Source: Camelus ferus
Lineage: Eukaryota
Length of the DNA stretch: 64,000 bases
Direction of reading: 5' to 3'
Assembly (NCBI RefSeq): GCF_009834535.1
Contig: NC_045705.1
Location: 32,178,001 to 32,242,000, forward strand
Shown: positions 37,131 to 50,719 of the stretch, piece after piece
How positions within the stretch are numbered: the stretch's first letter is position 1
How the letters are laid out: each line of letters starts with the position of its first letter
Made by a program: the position numbers and the translations under genes
The notes under the pieces: generated by a model
The model's database searches: none
Seen by the model: the letters and a program-made list of their open reading frames with translations, nothing else
Told to the model about the DNA's origin: nothing

Positions 37131-37559
37131 TCCTTCAAACATTTATTTTTCAACTTTTATTGGCCAGGTTCTATGCTGTAGAATCAAAGAATGTTGACGA
37201 ATACAAGTGTGAAGATTTAAGCAATTATTTAGATGAATGATGCCACGTATTTACCAGTATCTTTAAGTCCCCAAAATCTCAACAGACTGAATTGTGGTTT
37301 TAGTTTTTATATAAAACAAGTGATGTGCATTGCTCTTTTATTTATAGAGCAAGATTATTCTTTAGAAATGGAGCACTGAAGAGAGATTCATGTACCTAAC
37401 ATGTATCTAAGCACAGTAAATTGTGGGTTAGTATTTTAAAGCGTCTACAAGTCCGTTATAAACTGGAAGAGGCTAACTTACTGGAGGAAGGTAGAGACTG
37501 AAAACATTTCTCTGATAACCTTTTGGCAAGGAGCTAAAACATATACAATTAAACTCATC

Positions 37560-38504
37560 TCAGAATTTTTTAAGGAACAGTTTTCTCAGTGCTGCAATCA
37601 CATCCTTGTTCCTCAGGGTGTAAATCATGGGATTAAACATCGGGGTCACTATGGTGTAGAAGAGAGAGAGCAGTTTGTCAGTTCCTGGAGAATGACTCGA
37701 TTTTGGCCTGAAGTAGGTTATGGTTGCAGATCCAAAAAATAAAAGCACAACCAGCAGGTGGGAAGAACACGTGGAGAAGGCTTTGGCCCGACCTCTGGCT
37801 GTTGGCAACCTCAGAAGGGTGGAAATGATTTTGCCGTAAGAGCCAAGTATCAACACAAACGGGACGGCAGCATCCAACAGAACCACTACACAGAGGAATA
37901 GCTCGTAAGCAGAAGTGTCTCCGCAGGCCAGCTTCAGAACGGGGGGTATGTCACAGAAGAAGTGGTCAATGCGGTTAGAATGACAGAAACGCAGAGAGAA
38001 AATCTGACATGTTTGCCCTATCTGCACCGGGACTCCACTGATCCAGGAGCCAACAGCCAGCTGGATGCACACCTTCTGGTTCATGACCAGGGGATAGTGC
38101 AGAGGGTTACAAACAGCCACGTAGCGGTCATAGGCCATCACGGCCAGCAGGAGACACTCAGTGGTTCCCAGTATAAGGAAGAAGCACATTTGCGTGGCAC
38201 AGTCCAGCACAGAAATGCCTCTATCCTGAGTCCAAAGGTTCACCAGCATCCTAGGGAGAGTGACGGACACGTAACAGATTTCCAAGGAGGAAAAATTTGC
38301 CAGGAAAAAATACATGGGTTTCTGTAGCGCAGTGTCAATCCTAGTTATTACTACGATGAGGCCATTTCCAACTAAGACAATGGTGTAAATGATGGAGAAC
38401 ACCCCAAACAGTAGCCCTTGGAGGTTGGGAAGGTCAGAAAATCCCACGAGTACAAACTGTGTCACTGTGGAAATGTCTTCTGCTTCCATTTCTTCACACC
38501 TCAT
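37560..38504 (-). CDS. Olfactory receptor, family 10 (OR10AG-related), intact, 314 aa
   Basis: Motifs [33 protein letters not shown] and PMFNPMIYTLRNKD. The probable start is the ATG at 38504, directly after a cacag acceptor; the upstream ATG at 38534 would be intronic. Confidence 0.9.
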   Translation of the reverse strand: MRCEEMEAEDISTVTQFVLVGFSDLPNLQGLLFGVFSIIYTIVLVGNGLIVVITRIDTALQKPMYFFLANFSSLEICYVSVTLPRMLVNLWTQDRGISVLDCATQMCFFLILGTTECLLLAVMAYDRYVAVCNPLHYPLVMNQKVCIQLAVGSWISGVPVQIGQTCQIFSLRFCHSNRIDHFFCDIPPVLKLACGDTSAYELFLCVVVLLDAAVPFVLILGSYGKIISTLLRLPTARGRAKAFSTCSSHLLVVLLFFGSATITYFRPKSSHSPGTDKLLSLFYTIVTPMFNPMIYTLRNKDVIAALRKLFLKKF

Positions 38505-41500
38505 CTGTGGGGATGATTTAATCAGAGGCACCATTATTTCACTTTCATTGGCTCTTCTTTTTCTATCTGTAAACAGGATGGGATGCCTTCTGATTTTTCA
38601 ACTCCCTCTAAAAACCAAATCTATACTTCCAGGTCCTCTGAAAGTGTGGTGAAGTGTATTTTTCATTATTATTAAATCTATCTGTAAGAAAAACAATCCC
38701 TTTAATCTTTTACTTCTGCTACAGATTATAGTATTTCTTTGTTTCTGAAGACATGTGGTTGTAATGTGCTATTCATTTGAACGCTCCAACTGCAGTATCT
38801 GAGTCTATGTTAAATTATAACAATCATTTCATTCTTTCAGCTAAGTGTTTCTCCTTACCTCTCAATTCTCTTTTTACAATGATTAATTCAAAACTAATTA
38901 ATTTGACTTCACAAGCAAATATTTTGTAAGCCATCTAAAGTAGTTTTAGGGGAGATAAAGCTAATTTCTAAAAGTTATGGTTTAACTGTGGTATTTCCAA
39001 AGTCCTATTTAGCTTTGACATTCTCCATATAAAATCTGCACTCAGAATTTTTACTCAGATTTTTCTGGGGAGGAAGAAAGAAACTCTAAGGTAGCCTTCC
39101 TGTCCAGAAACACTCAAGAAGTAAGAGGCATGTTCATCAAGCAGTTATGATCAAGAAAGCAATTCTAACTAGCATGTTCACTCCTCACCCACTTATTGTA
39201 TGAAACACATCAATTGCAACTCATCTCTGAGAACTTTCTTAATTACCAATATCCTCAGTAATTGCTATTGTTCTTCTAAACCCATTTAATTCATTCATTC
39301 TTTTTTCTAGCACATGTGTGTTTGAGTTCAGGCATGTGAATGTGTTGGGGTAAGATTGCCCATCTTCACTATATACTTTTTGTTATAAATAAATTATATG
39401 CTTCTTTTGCGACTCTAGCCATCTTTCTACGCACTGTGTAATATATTTGTTTCACAAAATGGGATTTACTAACTTCTTGAATAAATTACAAGTGAATCAA
39501 CTTGATTGCTTCTTTGAAATAGCCCCCAAGGTGTAAAAGAGGGTTCCTACCAAAATTTAAATCTCCTCTCCCGCTTCTTCGTCATATGTATCAAGCATGC
39601 CTTTTGTGTTGTGTGTGTGTGTTTGTGTGTGTAGAATTTATACTCTTTTCACTCATTCTTTTGGAAGTAGCAAACTACTTCATTGTTTGCAGTGTGATGT
39701 ACATAACTTTCAAGTTATGTGTTAACTAATTTGGAAGTCAATAGAGACTAGCCCCTGCAAGGAAGAGACACATCTAGCACCATATTCTAGGGGTGTTAAG
39801 TGAGGACAATGGTCAATGTTTCAGCTACAAAAATGTAGACACATGTGGGGCACAATCAACAGTTCATGCAAAACCTGGACATCCTGAGGATTCTCTGTGA
39901 TTAAGAAAAATAAATTAAATAATAGTTTCCTTTACCATCTACAGCATTCCTGACTGTGTATTAAGGTACTAAAGGCATTTGAACCTTGTCCCTTTTATTA
40001 TATAATTTTTTCAATGAAAATGGGATCGTAAGAAATGTAAAAATGCTATAACTTAGTCTTTAAAATGGTCAGAAACTACTGGCTGATAGGTGACATTACC
40101 AAGACATGATATCATGTGTAGAATACACAATCATGTCTTCTTTTCTTGTTTTTTTAACATCTCATCCTGACACATTAACTATGTTTTGGTCACCTGTTTA
40201 ATTCAATGTAGAGTGTAGTACTTGGGCACTGATTAAAATTGTTTGTTGAGTGAATCTCCAATCTTTTTAGACTGGCATGAGTGATTCACCTACATCTGAT
40301 GATCTATTACCTTCAGAAACTGCCATCTCCTTCATTCTCTTTATTGTGTAGGCTTTTCAGGTAAAGTTTTCTCTCAATCTTTGATTCTTTCTATATATTC
40401 CTTACTATGGGGAAGTACATTTGAAAGTCATACTAAAAGCAAGGTGCCAAAAAACAGCCAGAAAAAGTAAGAAAAGAGAACCTGATATCAAGACTGCAGT
40501 GTTCTACATTTACTAAAATTTGATTTTCCCCCTTTTTGTTTGTCAAATGGAAAAATGTTTTATGAATATTAAATGGAATTATCAGTGTAAAACCATGTGC
40601 AAAGTAATAAATACAGCTTTTCAAATCCTATCCAAATTGTACTTATCTTCCAAACTCAATCTCACCTACAAAAATTTCCTCAAATCTTGCAACATATCCA
40701 TTGCTCTCCCTGACTTCTGGAATCATTCAGAAGCTTCTATGTATACAACTCAGAAAGGAGAACACTAAATAATTTAGCTAAACATAGCCACTTTTGTTTT
40801 TACTCATATAATTTGTGATTATTTTTCTGAATTTTTTGATGAAAATAATGATTTTCTTTGGTGTGGGGATTATGATATGATATCAAGTATAGCATCTACA
40901 TCACAATGTGTTTAATACTCTTTAGAGCAAGTTTATAAAATCAAGTTGAAGATAATAAAGAGGAATCTAAAATTGGTGAATGCAGTCCAGAAGCCATTTT
41001 CCCTTAGGAGAATTCTCTAAAGATGAAAATGAAAATATATCAATATCTCTTTAATATATTCTGATTCATTTACCATAGAACTTTATTTTAAAAAAGGATC
41101 TCTTTGATATTAGGAGAAGGCAAATCCTTTTTAATAAAGTCCATTCACTATCTTACTCCTTAGTTACATGCAATTAATTTTTATGGGATATCCCCAGATT
41201 TAATACACGCAAACTACTCAAATATACGCTTAACACATAGTAATCACCTAAGATGATTACGATGATGATGAAGAGGCTGGTTATCTTTAGTATACTGGTC
41301 CATTATACTACAAAGTATTTTGAAATGTCACATTTGATAATATAATGCTAGTAATCAGAAAAATAAAAAGACTATCTGAACCATGTTTTGAAATTAACCA
41401 ATCATAAAAACAAAGGATTCTTTTAAAAATTTTCTGTAATGAGTGTCCTTTTGCTGGTGCTAAATATATACAGACATATGTGAAACTAAATTTGGTATTG

Positions 41501-41549
41501 GATAAAAAAGTTATGCTTACTTGTTTGGATTGAAATTAAATATAATGCT

Positions 41550-41790
41550 TACCTTTACTGATTGAGTTAAAAGACAGACAGAAAATGAGAAAGTTGTTGT
41601 TGGCTATTTTTTTTTTTGACAGTGAATTCACTTTTATTTGAAACAGAGGGTAACTGCCCTCTAAAATATGTTCTATTGTCATAACAGTTAGTGCTCTTCA
41701 ATAAGGAACAGTCCTTACCCTCGGGATCAGCTCCTTCCCCAGGTCACTAATTGAACTAACATTTCTGACTGCCTCTCTGGGAGTTTGGTA
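41550..41790 (-). promoter_or_regulatory. Putative promoter and non-coding exon 1 of the OR at 37560-38504
   Basis: Ebf-like accctcggga (41717-41726) and ttccccaggt (41735-41744), homeodomain site ctaattg (41747-41753), donor AAG|GTAAGC at 41553/41552. Confidence 0.4.
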
Positions 41791-41899
41791 CAACAACCCA
41801 ATGGACATACCACTCCTTCTCTAAATTCTCTCCATCTCTTTTTGTATTTTGTGATTATTAAGATATATAAGCATGTACAATCCAAAATTTATAATTATA

Positions 41900-43660
41900 T
41901 ATTATTTAAGATATAAAATGAAGATGTTCTGAAAAAGATGCAAATGTTATCAGTGAATTTATTTTTAACAAAGTTACCAAGGCAATTTAACACAGAAAAA
42001 AATTGTCAACAAGCAAGCAGTGCTGGGGTGATAAGTAATATATATGCAAAATGTAATTTTTTAAACCACGTCTCATGAAATACAGAAAATTAATACAATA
42101 CAATTAATACAACATTAATCACAGACCTAAATGTAATAGTTAAAATTATAAAACTTTTAAAAGAAAACATTGAGAGAAACTTTCTGGTCATGGTTTAAAG
42201 CAAAGAATTTCAGATATACACCAAAAGCACAATCCATAAAATAAAATAAACATTAAATTGGACTTCATCAAAACTTAAGACTGTTGCATTCTAAACAAAA
42301 CCATTCAGAAAATGAAATACAAGCCACAGACAGAGAATATATTTGCATATCATTATGTTTGGTAAAGGTCTTGAATGCACATGTAAAGAACCCTTTAAAC
42401 TCTATAGTAAAGGACAAATAACCCCATCAAAATATGCAAACATAGCTATTTGCATTTTGTATAGCTATTACACCAAAATATCATAAGCATATACAAAAAT
42501 AATCAAAATGTTAGCTCATTATGGAAAATCAAATTAAAACCACGATGATCTTCACACCCACTAGCATGGCCATAATAAAAAAGACAGAAAATAGCAAGAG
42601 TTGAGAAGCTGTGGAGAAATAGGAACTCTTATGCATTACTGATGGGAATGAGGACCTACATCCACTAAAAATTTGTAAATGAAAACTCATAAAAACATTG
42701 CTAATAATAGCCCCAAACTGGAAATGATCCAAATGTCCCTCAAGTGACAAATAAATAAATTCATTGCTATATCCTATATCCATACTGTAGAATACCATTC
42801 ACCAGTAAAAACTAATGAACTACAATGGAATACTACTCTGCCATAAAAAAGAATAAAATAATGCCATTTGCAGCAATAGGAATGAATCTGGGGATTGTCA
42901 TTCTAAGTGAAGTAAGCCAGAAAGAGAAAGAAAAATATCATATCATTCACATGTAGAATCAAAAAAAAAAAAAAAAAAAGAACACAGTAATGAACTTATC
43001 TATAAAACAGAAACAGACTCACAGATATAGTAAAAAAAAATGGTTATCGGGAAAGGAGGTGGGAAGGGATAAACTGGGAGTTTGAAAATTGCAAATACTA
43101 AATACTATATATAAAATAGATAAAAAAACAAATTTCCTCTGTATAGCACAGGGAATTATATTTCAATATCTTGTAGTAACCTATAATGAAAAAGAATAGG
43201 AAAACAAATATATGTATGTATATGTATGATTGAAACATCATGCTGTACATCAGAAATTGATACATTGTAACTGACTATACCTCAATTAAAAAACAAACAA
43301 CAACAACAAAAAAACTAATAAACTACAGACACTTAACTGTACATGAAGGAACCTCAGACATGCTATGCAAATGAAAGAAATCAGATGCAAAACAATAAAT
43401 ATGGTATAATTCACTTTACATGAAATGTCCACAAAATGCAAATATGTAGATAGAAAGAGATTAGTGCTTGCCCAGTGCTGGGGACAGAAAAGAGAATCGA
43501 TTTTATGCCAACTCTAGGCTTCCTTCTGGAGTGACGAAAATGTTCTAAATTATATTTTAATGATGGGTGTACAACTTGCTATGTTTACACAACAGTTACT
43601 GAATTTTACAGAAAAAACAAGTAAATTTTATGCTATGTAAATTATACCTTCATAAGTCTA
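41900..43660 (+). mobile_element. Old L1M ORF2/3' end hosting a younger L1
   Basis: gaatttatttttaacaaagttaccaagg...ttggacttcatcaaaacttaag...aattatacct. Confidence 0.75.
42825..43309 (+). mobile_element. Young L1 3' end with 18-bp TSD
   Basis: TSD aaaaactaat(g/a)aactaca at 42807-42824 and 43310-43327; gt|aaaa endonuclease-like site; (aac)n-type tail. Confidence 0.88.
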
Positions 43661-44369
43661 TGAGTGAATTCAATTGATACTCGTGTGGGTCTGTTACTGG
43701 AACTTCCTGTTACATTAATTTATTTGTCAACCTTTACCAAAACCACACTCTCTTTGGTGCTGTAGTTGTGCATGATCTTAAAATTTAATTGTGTGATTCC
43801 TCCAAAATTACAAAACATTATTTGGTTATTTTAGTTACATTGTCATTATATGTACACTTTTGAATCAGACTTTCTGTATCTATAAATAATTTTGCTAAGA
43901 CTTTATTTGAAATTGAATTAAATGTACATACTAATTCCATGAGTATTGACATTTTTACTGTGTTAAGTCTTTTGGTCTATGAACAAAATACTTATGTCCA
44001 TGATTTAGGTCTTGTTTAAATTCTTTTATCATTATAGGTGGTCTTCAGCCTACAAATTAAAATAAAATGTTTTGTTGGATATATTCATAAAATTTTAATT
44101 TTTATTGGAGTTATAAATAATCTTACTTAAAAATTTCCATTTCCATTTCTTCATTTCTAGTTGTGAAAGAAATTATTAAAAGCTCTACAGAATATCTAAC
44201 TAGCTGAAGACGTTTGATTATTTACTGGTGACACCTATAAGGGAAAAGAACAAAGCACATGAAAGACGAAATGCCTGAGTGAGTGGTAGAGTAAGGCATC
44301 CCTGAAAAGGAATGCCATGGCCAGAGACAATTTTGGTCGCTTTCCAAAATATCTGCGTGGCAAGTATAA

Positions 44370-44740
44370 TGACTTGGTCCAATTAAAAAGTGATTAACAG
44401 AGAGAACTAATTCCCACAAGACAGAAAGACATATACTTTTACTTACAGAGCACTATTTGCTTTGAAGGAGAACATTGTTTAGAAAGGTATTTGCAACTCC
44501 TGGTATTCAACTAGTTTAAAACTAAATTTCAACAGAACAGCATTATATGTGTGTGTATATATGTGTGTGTGTGTGCATGCACGTGTGTGTGTGTATGGCT
44601 GAATCGCTTTGCTGTACACATGAAACTGACACTGTAAATCAACCATACTTCAATAACAAATAAGAATAAAAAAAGAACAACATTTAAAAGACTCTGTATC
44701 AAAGAAAGAGATCATTCCATTCCAGTCCATGAAGGTAAGC
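44370..44740 (+). promoter_or_regulatory. Putative promoter and exon 1 of the OR at 47145
   Basis: Extended homeodomain motif ACTTTTTAATTGG on the minus strand (44391-44379), ctaattccc at 44407, donor AAG|GTAAGC at 44734/44735. Confidence 0.4.
44545..44673 (+). mobile_element. Short L1 3' tail with (TG)n and TSD
   Basis: tatggctgaatcgctttgctgtacacatgaaact...cttcaataa; TSD agaaca(g/a)catt at 44534-44544 and 44674-44684. Confidence 0.7.
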
Positions 44741-47144
44741 ATGAACTTTTTAGTCATTATTTACATTTTAGATTAGTTTTCTTAGCTAATTATATTTTAA
44801 ACATCAAAGTTCAAAGAGTCCAAATATTTACAGGCTATTAATGGAATAAATATATTAACCGGGTATGTTAAACTATATTTCAGGCAACATCTACATTTTC
44901 CTGTAGAAAATCCCTGAAATAAATGATTAAAACAATTTTAAGATGTATTGTTAATTATAATGTAGCAAAATTTATTAAAATAATTGAGACAGTTTTGAAA
45001 AATATTTTAATACAAGAAAATTTACTGAAGAAAGCAGTAATTAGCTATTTTAAAAAATGAGTTTGCACACTACCATCTATAAAATCATTATTCCTAAAGA
45101 GACATTATCTTGAAAAGGAATCTAAAAGTTTAGGGCACTGAAAAATCCTTTGACATTATTCTTCTCTGGCTAATGAAATACAACAAAATCAGACTACAAA
45201 TATAACTAACTGTCTTTGTCCTCAGCCAAGGGGGTTTAAAGCCCTGAAGTCATTAGCTAAGTAAGAGAGAAACTGTCCTGTGTCCCTGAGAAAAGCGTCC
45301 AACTGCAGAAAACAAGCCTCCATTAAAAGGACATGGGAATCAAGTCTCTGCTTACTGTTTACACTGAAGGACTTCTGAGAAAGAGGACTGTGAATAATAG
45401 CAAGTTTAGAGTGGGGAAGAATCACTTCTTTGTACAATGAAAAAAACTCCAAATTCCTAGAGAAAATTCTCAGTATTTTTATTTTAAGGAAATATTTCAT
45501 ACAACTATAATATTTAAGGAGGTAAATAGAAACTGGAGAGAGATTACTTAATGATTCTACTTCTTAGATTTCAAAGACTTTACCATGCAATTACTATTTA
45601 TTATTCACAATACATGTGGAAATTAAAAAAAAATCATTACTTCTTATTTGAAACTTGACTTAAATCCTGTTTGAGCGAATTAGTGCCTCAGTCAGTTGTA
45701 GATTATTAATTTCTAATTTATTTTTAAATTACTTTCAAATTTTACTTCGTTCTGTTGTGTTTTTCCAAAATCTTCACCTATTGGAGAAAAATTAAAGCAG
45801 GACTTTAAAGGTGTGAGTGGAGAGACAGAGGCGAACACAAAATACAATAATGAGAATAGCATTTCGCACGCCAGTCATCACTGGGGTAGACAATACATCT
45901 GGTTAATAATGGAAATTGCTCTCCATTCGTAGATCAAATGCTTGTTGAGTGATTTATATAATATATGCAAATGTTACATTCTACAGTCTATTGATATTAC
46001 CCGTTGGAATAAAAGTAACTTGGATTTTGAGCCCGAAACATAATCTGAATCACATTTACATGCTGTGATCTTGGTTGATTTATGTAACATTTTTAAGTTG
46101 AAGTTTATGTCTAAGTAAAAGGGCGACAGAATTGCTTCTGCACCATCTTGAGGATTAAATAAAATAGTGTCTGTGGATTCTCCTAATACAATGAATCACT
46201 GCAGTCACTCATCAGTGTCCCATTTTTACCACGTGCACTGATGGTTTGCAAGCTGATTTCAAATAGTGTCTCCCTGTTTTCCTCCACATAAAGCTGCCTG
46301 CAAGAAGCTGCATGTTTAAATGGAATCCTCAGATCCTGGAATTTGTGTACGTGCTTTATTCAGCACCATACGGATAATCCTATCAAGAGGACTCCAAAAC
46401 TCTTTGCAATTTCTCTTCCTTTGACACTATGTCTTGAATCAAAAACTTGTCTATTTATTACAGGAATTAACACTCAAATGCAAAACCAGTATCTGAGATC
46501 TGATAACTATCCTCATGACTGAGTTACTTTATGACTTCTTTCAACTGAAATAAACTCACTATAACAACTATCAGAACACAAAAAAGTCACAAAGATCACC
46601 CCCTAAAATCACTTTTTCCAGCTTATTTTTATTGTAATTACATGATGCCTCAAAAAATATTTGAGACAGCTTAAATCAAAATGTCAATAAATGCAATGGT
46701 TTTTTAAAATAACATAAAAAGGATAATTGATGGAAAATGTCCTTCCAAACAAAAGTGTCAAACTTATTGCTATAATTAACATTTTCATGATTTTTATTTT
46801 CCCTTTAGTTTCATTAACACCATTCCAGTTAGACTCTGAAATTCCTGTCACAAATCTGAATAACAAAACCTAACATCACTTATTTCATTATCAGTAGCAA
46901 GAAAACATAGCCATCTCTCAGCAGACGTAATTCCTGATAGGAATGCTTTCTGAGGGATAATTTTTAGAGAAAGAATGAACAGTTTTTTAAGACACAGCTT
47001 AACATCAAGTTTAGATGTTTCTATAGGATTCATTCTTAGTGACTTTGCGACTTTCAAAAGCACAGGGTACACTTTTCATCATTTAGCAAACTGCAACTCA
47101 GGCAGATAAAGTGACTTTACATATTAAATTCTTTATTTTCACAG

Positions 47145-48104
47145 ATGCTGCCCAGAGACCAAACAGCAGAAGGCAATTTCTCTTCAGTCATGGTGTTTGT
47201 TTTCTTGGGATTTTCTGACCTTCCAAACCTCCAGGGGCTTCTATTTGGTCTTTTCTTTCTCGTCTACATATTCATCTTAACAGGAAATGGTCTTATCATC
47301 ATAATCACGAGAGTGGACTCTGTTCTCCAGACACCTATGTATTTTTTTCTGGCCAATTTTTCCTCTCTAGAAATCTGCTATGTGTCTGTCACTCTTCCCA
47401 GGATTCTAGTGAACCTTTGGACTCAAGACAGAAGCATTTCTTTGCTGAGCTGTGCCACCCAAATGTGCTTCTTCCTTGTTCTGGGGGCCACAGAGGCATT
47501 TCTTCTGGCTGTGATGGCTTATGACCGCTACATGTCCATTTGCAGCCCTCTGCACTATCCTCTGGTCATGAACCACAAGATGTGCGTCCAGTTGGCTGTG
47601 GGTGTCTGGCTCAGTGGAGTTCCGGTCCAGATAGGGCAGACATGCCAGGTGTTCTCACTGCCTTTCTGTGGTTCAAACCAAATCAACCACTTTTTCTGTG
47701 ACATCCCCCCGCTGATCACGCTGGCCTGTGGGGACACGTCACTCAATGAGATGTGTGTCTATGTAGCTGCTGTATTATTTGCCATGATTCCTTTTCTACT
47801 GATTATTGGGTCTTATGTCAAAATAATTTCTACCATCCTCAAGTTGCCCTCAGCCACGGGTTGGTCCAAAGCCTTCTCCACCTGCTCCTCCCATCTCATA
47901 GTTGTGCTTTTATTCTTTGGCTCTGTGACCATCACCTACTTATGGCCCAAGTCAAATCATTCTGCAGGAAGCAACAAAACGCTGTCTGTTTTCTACACTA
48001 TTGTGACTCCAGTGTTGAACCCCATGATATACAGCCTTAGGAACAAGGATGTGACTGCAGCTTTGAAAAAATTATTACTTAAGAAGCCAGTGTGGGCATC
48101 TTAA
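47145..48104 (+). CDS. Olfactory receptor, family 10 (OR10AG-related), intact ORF, 319 aa
   Basis: OR motifs [28 protein letters not shown] and [15 protein letters not shown]; ATG preceded by ttctttattttcacag. Confidence 0.9.
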   Translation: MLPRDQTAEGNFSSVMVFVFLGFSDLPNLQGLLFGLFFLVYIFILTGNGLIIIITRVDSVLQTPMYFFLANFSSLEICYVSVTLPRILVNLWTQDRSISLLSCATQMCFFLVLGATEAFLLAVMAYDRYMSICSPLHYPLVMNHKMCVQLAVGVWLSGVPVQIGQTCQVFSLPFCGSNQINHFFCDIPPLITLACGDTSLNEMCVYVAAVLFAMIPFLLIIGSYVKIISTILKLPSATGWSKAFSTCSSHLIVVLLFFGSVTITYLWPKSNHSAGSNKTLSVFYTIVTPVLNPMIYSLRNKDVTAALKKLLLKKPVWAS

Positions 48105-49569
48105 ATGTCACTTTTTAATAAATCTGTCTCAAAGCTATCACAAAATATAATTTAATTTCACTCTACCCATATTTACTGAGAGTGTGATTATTCACAATTA
48201 TTATGATTTTAGGTTCCTTGCCTGAAGTCATTTGTGGCTGCATCTTTAATGAAAAAAATTAACTTTGTATTCTTTATGAAAAATCCTCCTTTTCACAGCA
48301 CATTGCAAATTTATCCAGCTTTAAAATTTTTAGACAATTTTAACTGCTAGAATTTTGTTTTAAAATGTATAGAAAATAGTTTGTCTTTACAACTGGTAAA
48401 TTATTTGCAAATATTACACTGGCATTTTCGTTTGTATTTGTGAAATATTCACTTTTAATGGTAGATTTATACTAGATATGTGCTGAGGGAGTGAACCCAA
48501 GACTAACTTATAAATCATGTGTTTAATTGTGAAAATAACTTAAAAAACAGAATGAAAACCTTTGATTGCACCCACTTTCTCAGTATGAATGAAGAAAATG
48601 TTCCCCTGTGTATCCAAGGGAAGCTGAACTTTTGTATCTTTTCTTTCCACTTCTTCCCAGAGTCTAGGAAAATGGAACATCAAACATGTGACATAGCCCT
48701 CTCATCCTGCTTTAAATAAAGTTCATTACTGTGCTTCATACCGATTCCCAAAATGCAAGTCCTACCTAGAGTCTAGTGCTTACCTGAATTAACAAAGTTG
48801 CAGTGAAAAAGACTATGACTTTTTTTTTTACACTTAAAGAAATGCATTGGAAATTTAGAAGGGGAAAGAAGAAAAGCTAAAGCGAAGATTCACACTCAGT
48901 TATTGACATCCCGAATCGTAATACATACACATTGAAAACCTACTACTGCCTGCCTACAAGCTGTAGTCAGATCAGTATAAATGTAACTAATCTTGCAGAT
49001 TTTGTCTTTCTCTTATTTATAAGAAAATTTACCAGATAGTATGGATAAAATCAAGAACTAATTCATCATAAATACCCTAATAGGAAAAATGTCTTGGGGG
49101 ATTTATCAACACTGCACTAAACACTCACTATTCTGTTTTGGTTTGATACTCAGCCTCTATTTCTTAAAATTTTCATTAATACCTGTGGATAATATCATTT
49201 ATCTAACAATTATGTCACTTTATAGGTTTAACTATATTTGTAGGTATTTTTTCCCTTCAGATTAGTGTCTCTTTTTAAGAGGTTACATTTGAATTGTAAC
49301 ATTTTGTTTATGAGTTTGAATTTTTATTTCCAAGGGCTTATATTTTAACATTACACCTGGTTAGCATGATGTCTGTGTCATCTTTGTTTTTATGCATATA
49401 TAGTAAATATCTGAATCTACCCTCTGTATTACTTTGTGTGTATCAAGAGTTAAATACATTCCCCATGGTGACAATGACAGTAGTGTTGAAGATACAATAG
49501 TTGTGGGAGTGCTGTCCTGTCCCTTAACTCTTGGGCAAGCACATGACAGTGTAATGAAACAGAATTAGT

Positions 49570-49700
49570 TGAGGAATTAAGATAACTAGTTTTTGCTTCT
49601 AATTTATTATAATCTGTGCATTCTTGAGTATCTCAGCTGTTCTTTTGTATCAATTTCTCTGTCTATAAAGTAGTAATAATGCCTACCTTCATTAATTATG
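49570..49700 (+). mobile_element. MIR
   Basis: tcaatttctctgtctataaagtagtaataatgcctacc. Confidence 0.55.
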
Positions 49701-50719
49701 TCACAGGAATATAAGAAACATATAATCATGATCTTGGATCCAAGGAGTCTTGTTGAAAAATTTAAGAATGTTGGAGAGGGGGACATTTGGCTAAATCCAG
49801 GTTCTCATAGAATGAAGGCTACTCATTTTAATATTGAAATTATTTTTATTTAAACAATATTAATGCAAAAGTTTCTATAACAACGTTCTTATTTCCCTGC
49901 CTTGGCTTCTCAAGATAAGCGTTCATAAATACCTGCTACTGCCCTGGGCTTCCAGAGCCCGCTGCCACTGCAGACACGGGACGGTTAGCTTTACACCGAA
50001 TCTCCATAGAACGCTTGTTTCCTTCTATCTTTTTTCTCTTTTTGTTTCTCATTAATTGATGTTCTAACCTCTAGAAACAGTTTCTAATTAGTGAGCTGAT
50101 TTTATTTTTTTCCTAAGATTGTTTCCATTGTTATCTATCATTCCTTACCATAATGAAGGGAAGCAGGTAGCTTATTAAGTTAGTCATCTGATTTTACTTA
50201 CAATTGTAAATGTGACCCCGCGTAGAACAGGACAGAGATTTCCCCGAGGCACATTTCTTTTTACTTGATTTGGGATATGAAACAGTTTGCTAGTGTTTAT
50301 GTGCACTTCCAGAATGGAAATGCAACATATGAGGCAGTTAGTAATTAATTGACTCACTGTTTTGTCAAATCTCTTGGCTGTCACAGAATAATGACCCTCA
50401 AAGGCATATCATATATATGTACACACACACATATATAGTGAAATTATATTTATATATATATATACATATATAAAATGACCTTCAAAGGCACATCATAAAC
50501 ATATATGGCAACCATAATCTTCCTAGGTATAACTGTTCAGTGAATAATTATATAATTAATTCAGTGAAACCATCTAGAAATAAAGTTCACGTGTCATCAC
50601 AAGCACACAAACTCTATGTACCTGTTACCGTCTACCTAAACACCTTACACACAAAATGTAGACATACACACAAGTATGTGTACCTTTTGTGTGTAAGATT
50701 TCTTAAGGCAAAATGCAAC

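Noticed and set aside
38505-38534. N-terminal extension MVPLIKSSPQ
   Set aside because: It lies upstream of the cacag acceptor shared by all four OR10 paralogs, so it is probably intronic.
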